NCBI RefSeq assembly: GCF_000143415.4 | Contig: NW_003314285.1 | Location: 1,019,370-1,083,369 of the forward strand | Direction: 5' to 3' | Source of the DNA: Selaginella moellendorffii | Taxonomy: Eukaryota > Plantae > Lycopodiophyta | Length of the DNA stretch: 64,000 nucleotides | Shown here: one piece after another, positions 34,868 through 44,551 of the stretch | Numbering within the stretch: position 1 is the stretch's first letter | How the letters are laid out: each line of letters begins with the position of its first letter | Translations under genes and position numbers: made by a program | Notes under the pieces: model-generated | What the model saw: the letters and a program-made list of their open reading frames with translations, nothing else | Database searches by the model: none | Told to the model about the DNA's origin: nothing

Positions 34868-37800
34868 TGTCGCGCATGTGACTTCGGGTATCGAAAGTTA
34901 CCTGTCGGCTAGTCCTTACGGACACTCTTACCTTACTGCCACGATGGCAGGAGGTCGGTATTGCTGGACCCGTTATCAGTTTCCACCTAAGCTAGTTGAG
35001 AAACTGATCATCACATGTGCACTTAGACCGGAAGGGCACTAAGGAAGGAAATCCTAAGTTGTCATTTAGTCAAGCAGACTTGACACGGTGATGAGAAACT
35101 CATGATGTTGGCTTGCACTTGCTAGTGTTAGGAACCCCCGCGATATTGAGATTGGTCCCTCAATATCGCTACATGATAGCTTACCGTGTCTGCCAAACAC
35201 CCTCGCTATCATGCCCTTAGCGTTAGTCTCAATTCGGTCCCAAATGCTATTTATGGAAAGTGTCCAGATTTGCTCATTTAGCATATCTACGGAATGTAGA
35301 GATCGGCCTGAACACAATGGTGTTCGTCCCGTGTCCAAATTCGCAATCTAAGGACATTCCATATTTAGTAAGTTTCGAGCTTGTCCCAGAGACTAACTCC
35401 TGGTACTAAGGGAGGCTTGGGGTGAAAGCCCAAAGCGTGTGTTCCTCAAGGGGGGGGGGGGGCTGTGGGGGGTTCCAAATGTATAGTAGGGATAGTGGGT
35501 AGGTTGGGCATGGCCGACCAACCTGAGGCATAGTCTAGTTCCCGCTTGCGTGCCTGTCCTTGTTCTGCGTCCGGCTTGGGTCTAAGCCCAAGTTCCATTC
35601 CATGCTAGCTGGTGGAGTACCCATATCCTCACGTTAAGCCACCGGTATGCCGAAATAGCGCCAGACTCCGTTTGGCTCCGTTTTGCGTGCTGGTCCTGGC
35701 GTTGGTATGCTGGTTGCTCCAGGACTGTTCCAAGTCGCTCTGGGCTCCTGTCCCTTCGCTCCTTGGGCTATATGCTCGGGAGTTGCTCTGTGGTCCGGTT
35801 CCATCACTCCTTGGCGTCACGCTTGGGAGTTTGGCACCGTTCCTTCGTTCAGTGGCCCAAGGCCCTGAACCTTGGGTTCCTATGGACACGTGGCACGGAC
35901 ACGTGGTATGTGACACGTGGCATCTGTCACATGGCACAAAGAGGGTTTAGGTTCCGCTTCGTGGTGTTATCCTATGGTAAATCACCATAGGATAAAGGGT
36001 CAAAACCACGTGCGCTACATTTGGTATCAGAGGATGAGTCTCAGCGAGTACTATTCAATGAGATTGGGCAACTAGTCTTGTTGCATACGCAGAGATGAAA
36101 ACGATGATCCGAGTGGGTACACGTTTGGGTGCAAAGGCTTTGCAATTGGTTCCTTGGGTATGGATATTGTTACCTTATTGTACCTTATGATGTGAGCTTG
36201 CGCTTGGGCTCATAGGACGGATTTGAGTTGTTCTGGTAGCACGAGTTTAAGCTTGAGCTCGTGAGTGAGGCACATTAGCAACTCGAGGTTACACTTTGAG
36301 TTGGCAGGATTAATGTTAGCCTATCGGTGGTTCCATGAGTTGTTCCATGTACCGTGGGTGAAAGTAAACTTTCCCTGAGTTTGCTATGAATGGCAAATAG
36401 GCTGGTCCGTAGCTGTTTAGCACGGCACTAGTGGATCCTTCCTAGGTATGATTATAAGTGGATCAATCAAGACTATATGGATTAGTCTATTGGTTCAAAT
36501 AATCATGGCCGTGCTCTCTCATAAACTTTTCTTGGATTGAATTGAAGGCAGTGCGAAAGCAAGCTTGAGGTTTGGTCAAAGATGAGACCGGAAAGAGAGT
36601 CGTCAGGGACGAAGGATCAAATACGTAAATCATTTTCTCTTCTTGGAGAGATGATTTGCAACGAGGTGTTAACTCATTGCTTGTGTTCACATTATGCAAT
36701 CAAGAGTCCCTACCTTGATGCATGTTGGAAGTGATGGTCTTACAAGTGGTGAATTGTGGGATGGATAGCGGTGAAACGTTAAACCATTTTGTCTAAAGCT
36801 TGCTATTGGAAGACTTGGGTTGCAATGCTCAATTCTTTTCTGGGGAACCTTGCTATTGCTCCTTGAGTAGCTTGGTGTTGAAATAGTTTTGAGATTGGTC
36901 GGAAAGAGAGTGGCATAAGCTTGTCTGTGTTGTGAACAAAAGTTAGTGGTGTTGGGTGTCGTAAATCTCTATTGGTGGAGTGTGGTATTTATGTTGCATT
37001 TTGTCGAATCGAGTTGGCATTTGATACTCACATAAACATTTGAAGTAATGACATAAGCTTTGCTCATTGCGTTACTCAATTGATGATCAAGTCATTGTGA
37101 TTTATATCATATCCATGTGATAATGAGCAATGTGTTTACGAAGTTGCTTGGTTAAATGATGATCAACCCCAAAGTGGTTGATGGAGAAGCTAGTCTACTT
37201 GCACGTAGTAGCATTGTAGTAGCCTTGACTAGATTCTCAATGGTGGTCCATTATGCTAAGCTTATGTTGGTACCTTGTTTCCTTGAGGGTTTGCCCATAA
37301 GGTGTTGGGAATGGGTTGTAGCATTCATTTGCTATAGCTCATTTATTGATCCGTTAGCACTTGGAGTAGATTATTGGATGGAGAAGGTGTGAGGTTGATG
37401 CATTGACATCGCTAGCACTTATGTTATGGAAGTGACATTGTTGATTCGAGTGATGAGGAATTTTCCTTAGAGCTTGATTTTCCATGTCATTTTTCTTGTT
37501 AGTGTTTTGGCTTCACATTGGATCTTGAAGGTAGTTGAAGAAGAGTGTTAGTGCAATGTGGATATCCGATGATGTGGTCTTTGTGATCAAGCCTTGGATG
37601 CTCATTTTGCACTTTGCGGATGTCGGTGTTGGATGTCGGTTATATGGGCAAAGATGTTCGATGCTTAAGCATGTTGTTCGATCATGAGAATTTGTGTTGA
37701 GGTGAGCCTATGTGAAGTTGTTGGTAGGAGGAAGTTGGTTGAGTCTTGAAAGTTTGCAATCCTGGACTGAGAGTCATTCTTTCTCTAGGATGGGAAATTT

Positions 37801-40800
37801 TCCACAAATTTTCTTAGACTTTTCCAATGGCTGGTCTAATGATCATTTTGTCCGAAAACCATTCCGTTTTCGAAAGCCAGTACAAACTAGTGAAGGGGTT
37901 GGAGTTGACTTCGGTTAACTTAGATCTTGGTAGGTAGTTTGTATGATGCAACCCGAAAGGGATGCTGACTTTTGGGGCTAAGGCAATTGAGTTGGATAGA
38001 GTCTAGAGTTGATGTAGAAAAGTGGCCGTTGCGCTTTTCTAAGAAAGGTGACCCTTGTGCCTGTCTTCTATAGTGTTCTGCTTGGTGGTAGGTTGCACCT
38101 TGCATTTCATTAGACTCTATGAGAGTAGTGAGCTCTCACTGATCTTGACTTGGTCTTGGTGGCCTTGCGCCTTGGCTGAGGATGGTGATGTCCAACTTAG
38201 TTGTTTGAGTTTGAGATGTTGGTACCCATACTATAGCTTTGTCTATGAGGAGGTTGTGTACCAATATAGATCCATCTCATGGTCTTCACTTTAGTTTCAG
38301 CTGAGTGTTGATCATGCATAGCTAGCCTCTTCAAAGCATGCTCAGAGCTATTGGCTAAATGCATTGGTGAGCTTATTGCAGTTGAGTTGGATTCGAGTGG
38401 TCATTTAGTTTGTGCTTGTCAATGAACTTTTATCTCATACCCAAGGTATCACGTTCATGTTGGACAAGTGTATGACTCGATGACGTGAGTTTAGTGTTTG
38501 GGTCTTGTAAAGACAAGTTGAAAGAGTGATTGTTAGTTGCTTTGCGACTAATGATTGCTTGTAGACTTTGTCAAAAGACTGTTGACACTTGCTTCACTCG
38601 ATGATGATTTAGCAATGATAGGTTTGCTTTACCGGATGGTGTTGCGGAGGATTGTGTCGTTAAACTTACATGGTTTTTCCATGTTGACATGTCGATTCTA
38701 TCTCTGTCGATATCATTTGGTTGCATTTAGTTCGTGGTGTTGGATTTCATTGAGTCTTGGATGTGGTGACTCACTCCTTGAGGAAGTGTTATCTGTAACT
38801 GAGTTTTGCTGAAGGATTGGTCTCGGATACTAAATATAGTATCTTCGACTTTGGTTAGCTTGGTTGCTAGAAAGCTCTGAGTGGTGATTCACTCTTGCTT
38901 TCTTCTAGCTTTGTCCTGGTGTTGTTGGCATTGAAGTGATGCCTTGTCATTGATATTGTTGATATTGAAATCTGAGTGAAATGAGATGTCTCTCTCTGTA
39001 GGGTTGATATTAAGTTTCATTAGTCTTGATGAATATAGTGTTGATGATTTGGCTATAGTTTTGTGTTGTTGGCATTCATGCATTTGCTAGTTAGCAAGTG
39101 TGTTGACGTTCAAACGAACTGAGTGGCAAGTTGAGTTAGTTGTGTTCTAGACGAGATTATTTAGTAAAGGTTGAGCTTTGGCTTTTCCTTGAAAAGTGAT
39201 TCAGTCATGGACGATGCTAACTCTACAAGCAGAAGAGTTAGTGATTGATATTAGAATGTTGAGTCCTTGCTGGATTTGAGTTCGGAATATAGCAATCATT
39301 AATGATTCTTTTTGAGCTTGTTATGAAGTGAGTTACGTCTTGCTATAGATGGATTCATGGAGGATCGTTTGATGATCACTTGTTAAACATAGCTTCGTTA
39401 TGCTTAGCTTTTGGATTGATGCAGAAATGCTCTTCATTAGCTTTGGCATTATGAAGTTTGGCTTATGGATGTGTTGAGGAAGATATTGTGGGTTGCACCA
39501 TGATTTCTTCTTTAGCATTGAAGTTAGCTTTTATGAGACTCGTGATCATTATTAGGCAAGACTTAGTTATAGGCTTCTTCGAGCTTTTGGTTCTTGAGTT
39601 TTGTGCTCATTGTTCCATTTGTTAGAAGTTGTTGGGGAAGGCATTTTGGCTCATTAGCTTCGATGTTGAAGTTGGTTTTTGCATCTGGCAATCATTGGTG
39701 ATGATTGACTATCATCTAGGGTAGTTGATTGTCCTTATCACAAGTTTTGCTTGATTATTGTTGGTTTGGAATTATTTGCCATTCTTTGGGATGGTAGATT
39801 CTTTCTTCAACGATGATTATACATCACTACATTGATGGGCTGATTGACGATCTTTCATGATAGTTAGTTGTTCTCTTTGATGGCTTTTGGCTTTTGGCAA
39901 TACCACATGTTCTTTGTGGTTTGCTCTGGATTGGTCTCTTGGGTTTGAGACGTCAGTAGGATGTTGCTGACACTTGCTTAGGCAACTTGAGTTCCTTGGT
40001 ATTGTTGGCTGGGATCTATTCAGATTGGCTTTTGTGATAGTTGGCAGGAATGAGTGTTTGTTGGTCTTACCACATTCATTTTCTTCTGTTGATTGTTGCT
40101 CGAGTTAGTTTTGATAGATTTGGATATTATTTCCTTTGGGTGATACATTCGCGAGCATTGTGCTTGTTAGTCAATGATACTTTGTGTTCTTTGAGTTCTC
40201 TCTAGTAAGTTGTTGGCTTACTATCTACTATCTTCGATAGTTAAGTTTCATCATTGAGTTTCCTTGATGATATACTAGCTATTGAATTTTGTTGGATGGT
40301 CATTCCTGTGTTTGCCAAATTATGATGATCTGTTGGTGGTTCCTATCTACAATACTACTGGTTTATCGGATGATAACTTGCTTAGAATACTTTTGTGTTC
40401 TACTCTAAGATATAATCACTAGTAATTAAGCTTCTCAGATATCATTGTCTCTGACTTTGATATTGTCCATCCATTGATCTTTGAGTTTGGGCCAATAATG
40501 GGCAGACTGGCTTCGGCACTTCGTGTGCATGGTGAAATCTCTAGTCATGGGGTAGCTACTGTCGACTGGTCACATAACCTGCCCCTTTGTTGATGGTCCT
40601 TATTCCGTTGAAAGGGCGTGACCGTGTAAACAACTCTAACTGCCTGTTTACAGTAGTCTATCTAAACCTTACCGACGGGTTTGGTTTCTTTGCTTAGGAG
40701 GGTAGGGGCCTCTGGCTTCTCTCTCTATGTTCCTGCGGGCAGGGCATATCACACTTTTGTAAGCTGGGTGACTCCCAGAGCAGCAGGTGTGGCTGACTCC

Positions 40801-42162
40801 GTTGGTCATTTCCTTGTCGGCGACGGCCGGAAGGTGTCTGAGCTGGTAGCGCATCCGCGTTAGACAAAGAGGTTACCCCCTAACTCATTTAAGTTGGTGC
40901 ATTTCTCACATAGTGTGAGTACCATGAACTTTTTATGGAGTTGTTTCCTTGGCGGTATTCTAGACTGGAGTATGCATCGACGAGGACGTCGATCTTCCCA
41001 AGGGGGGGAGAGTGTCGCGCATGTGACTTCGGGTATCGAAAGTTACCTGTCGGCTAGTCCTTACGGACACTCTTACCTTACTGCCACGATGGCAGGAGGT
41101 CGGTATTGCTGGACCCGTTATCAGTTTCCACCTAAGCTAGTTGAGAAACTGGTCATCACATGTGCACTTAGACCGGAAGGGCACTAAGGAAGGAAATCCT
41201 AAGTTGTCATTTAGTCAAGCAGACTTGACACGGTGATGAGAAACTCATGATGTTGGCTTGCACTTGCTAGTGTTAGGAACCCCCGCGATATTGAGATTGG
41301 TCCCTCAATATCGCTACATGATAGCTTACCGTGTCTGCCAAACACCCTCGCTATCATGCCCTTAGCGTTAGTCTCAATTCGGTCCCAAATGCTATTTATG
41401 GAAAGTGTCCAGATTTGCTCATTTAGCATATCTACGGAATGTAGAGATCGGCCTGAACACAATGGTGTTCGTCCCGTGTCCAAATTTGCAATCTAAGGAC
41501 ATTCCATATTTAGTAAGTTTCGAGCTTGTCCCAGAGACTAACTCCTGGTACTAAGGGAGGCTTGGGGTGAAAGCCCAAAGCGTGTGTTCCTCAAGGGGGG
41601 GGGGGGCTGTGGGGGGTTCCAAATGTATAGTAGGGATAGTGGGTAGGTTGGGCATGGCCGACCAACCTGAGGCATAGTCTAGCTCCCGCTTGCGTGCCTG
41701 TCCTTGTTCTGCGTCCGGCTTGGGTCTAAGCCCAAGTTCCATTCCATGCTAGCTGGTGGAGTACCCATATCCTCACGTTAAGCCACCGGTATGCCGAAAT
41801 AGCGCCAGACTCCGTTTGGCTCCGTTTTGCGTGCTGGTCCTGGCGTTGGTATGCTGGTTGCTCCAGGACTGTTCCAAGTCGCTCTAGGCTCTTGTCCCTT
41901 CGCTCCTTGGGCTATATGCTCGGGAGTTGCTCCGTGGTCCGGTTCCATCACTCCTTGGCGTCACGCTTGGGAGTTTGGCACCGTTCCTTCGTTCAGTGGC
42001 CCAAGGCCCTGAACCTTGGTTCCTATGGACACGTGGCACGGACACGTGGTATGTGACACGTGGCATCTGTCACGTGGCACAAAGAGGGTTTAGGTTCCGC
42101 TTCGTGGTGTTATCCTATGGTAAATCACCATAGGATAAAGGGTCAAAACCACGTGCGCTACA
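34868..42162 (+). mobile_element. Non-autonomous large retrotransposon derivative (LARD) F related to D
   Basis: ~1150-bp LTRs at 34868-36019 and 41013-42162 (~99% identical); PBS 36022-36032; PPT ~41000-41012. U3 and 3' UTR homologous to D; 4.4-kb interior has no ORF. Confidence 0.88.
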
Positions 42163-42638
42163 TTTGGTGACTAACAACCCCTACTGAGCCAAGGGGAACC
42201 AGCACCTCCATTTCCGCACTCAATCTACCAATCCTTCCATTGTGTAGACCAGCTATTCCATGTGAGGCAACTAGTCATCCACCCGTACCGCAGTCCCACG
42301 GTGGATACCTTCGTCCGTGGATACTCCACACAAGAGGAAGGACATACGCATGGATGCCCAATACGTACGATTTCAAATTTAGGGGTAGGAATATACCTTG
42401 CTCAAGGGTATATTATACTTTTAAGTAGCCACTAATCAATGGGAATCGAACCCGTGCCATTTGCTCCGATACCAACTGTAGCGCACCTTATCTCTCTCCC
42501 CTTAAGCCAACTGGAAAAGGGGCAATTGCTTGATGAGAGAGCCTTTAGTGGCTATTTTATCCCCATTTATCTCCCAAGGTTCCAAGGATCCACGGTGACA
42601 GTATATCCAAATCTCATCCCATGATCACATGCGCTACA
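42163..42638 (-). mobile_element. Partial TRIM-like element K (one 162-bp LTR 42477-42638, PBS, ~300-bp internal) fused to the end of F
   Basis: LTR termini TGTAGCGCA...TGCGCTACA. PBS TGGTATCGGAGC (minus, 42463-42474). TSD TCCTG follows at 42639-42643, matching 34863-34867. Confidence 0.75.
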
Positions 42639-43032
42639 TCCTGGGAGGTCACCCAGCCCAGTACTATTCAAACCCAAGGACGCTTAACCCCAAATATCTC
42701 AAGACCCTTAACCGATTGGAAAAGGGGGTGCACTCTTGTTCATGGGCCCTTTCCCTCTATATTTGAACCCCATGGATCGTCTCTCAAGTTGTTCCCTTTG
42801 GTTGCTTACAATCCACCACGCTTCCCTACAAGTTCACGCCCTCGTGAACGAAAGCTGAGAGCCGCAACTCTCCCGAGAGCCCCGCTCTCTTGACACCCTA
42901 CCCCTCGGGTCGAGCCCAGCGAGAGCAAACTGGACCAGCCAGATGTCAATCAACATGTGGTGTGATTCCCTTAGCCAACCAACAGAGTCGGACTCGAGAC
43001 CGCTCTGATACCAAATGTAAGCTCCTGAGTTT

Positions 43033-43087
43033 GGACTTCCTGGGAAGTCACCCAGCCCAGTACTATTCAAACCCAAGGACGCTTAAC
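43033..43087 (-). promoter_or_regulatory. 5S rRNA-derived Pol III internal control region (A-box to C-box) inside the Cassandra LTR
   Basis: Matches plant 5S GTTAAGCGTGCTTGGGCGAGAGTAGTACTAGGATGGGTGACCTCCCGGGAAGTCC at most positions. The 5' third of 5S is absent, so this is not a 5S gene. Confidence 0.85.
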
Positions 43088-43865
43088 CCCAAATATCCCA
43101 AGACCCTTAACCGATTGGAAAAGGGGGTGCACTCTTGTTCATGGGCCCTTTCCCTCTATATTTGAACCCCATGGATCGTCTCTCAAGTTGTTCCCTTTGG
43201 TTGCTTACAAGCTCCTCCAGTTTTGGCGTATCCTAACTACACTCAACTTTTTATTTTTAGCGTTAATGCTTTTGATATTGGTCTTAAAAATATGTTGATA
43301 CAAGAGAGTCTAAATGTGCCTAGTCAGTGCCATCCCATTGTATATATCAGATATATATTACAACCAGCAGAGGTGAACTACTCCATGATAGAAAAAAAGT
43401 GTTTAGCAATAGTTTGGGGTTTCTAGAAATTTCATGTATATTTATATAATTCTCGGATGTTACTAAAAGGTAATCAAACTGCAGTTATTTCATGATTGAA
43501 GTGGAAAAACTTAGTTGGTCATATTGTTCAGTGGGTTTTGAAGCTTTAAATATATAATTTTGATATTGTTCATCACTTGGGAAGTTCTATGGATGATACT
43601 AATGTCCTTTCTTGAGTTCTTTTTCCTTTTTCACTCTTTTTTTATGTTTTTGAAGAGCTTGTTATTTTCATATCTATGGATTTTTTGGACGAGGATTCTA
43701 TGCCATTGATAGCTATTGTACTTAATGTTTAGTGTCCATAAGGTCCAAAGTAAGATTTACCTTCTCTTGACAAGGTTTATGAGGCTCAAAAGATTGAGTC
43801 AGGCTTCACGATGGATTTGAGAATCTTGTATCATTTGTTAATGACTTGTTATTTCAGCGTTTACA

Positions 43866-44518
43866 TGTGAGACACAAAATCCCTAGGCCCCAAAGTGGAG
43901 CCGGAAGGGTGCCACGTGGTAGTGGCCGAAGCGAAAGCCAAACGAGTGTAACACGTTTGGACCAAAAGCTCCGACTTGAAAAGTTGAGAGCGGGAGTGGA
44001 ACTCCCAACAAAATGCTCAAGGAATGAGCATGAAGCAAGCAATAAGCGAGGCTCCAAAAAAAGGACCCAAAAGGACCAACACATGATACGTGGAAGTGTC
44101 CGAGATGGAGTCTGAGATGGACCCGAGTTGGAGTCTGAGGTGGAGTTTGAGATGGACCCGAGTTGGAGTCCAAGATGGAGTCTGAGATGGACCCGAGTTG
44201 GAGTCCAAGATGGACCCAAGATGGAGTCTGAGATGGAGTCCAAGATGGAGTCTGAGATGGAGTCCAAGATGGAGTCTGAGATGGAGTCCGAGATGGACTG
44301 AGACGGAGTCCGAGATGGAGTTCAACAGGGATGTGAGATGGAGTCCGAGATGGACCCGAGATGGAATCCGAGATGGAGTCCGAGAAGGACTTGAGATGGA
44401 GTCCGAGGTCGAGACCAAGACCGAGACCGAGACTGGGACCAAGACCAAGACCAAGACCGAGATCAGGATCGAGACCGAGACTGAGGCCAAGACCAAGCCC
44501 GAGCCCTAGCCCGAGCTT

Positions 44519-44551
<33 letters not shown>

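Larger units (their letters stand above)
34841..43209 (-). mobile_element. Cassandra-type TRIM (G): 194-bp LTRs with 5S rRNA domain, 205-bp internal region; left LTR split by the F+K insertion
   Basis: TSD AGCTC at 34836-34840 and 43210-43214. LTRs 43016-43209 and 34841-34867+42644-42810 (2 differences). PBS TGGTATCAGAGCG at 43001-43013 (minus). LTR contains GTTAAGCGTCCTTGGG...TAGTACTGGGCTGGGTGAC(C/T)TCCCAGGAAGTCC. Confidence 0.9.

Noticed and set aside
35384-35536. CAGAGACTA and GAGGCATAGTCT resembling group I intron R and S elements in the F LTR
   Set aside because: The S-like match is not conserved in D, no P/Q pairing was found, and the pair straddles the TATA.
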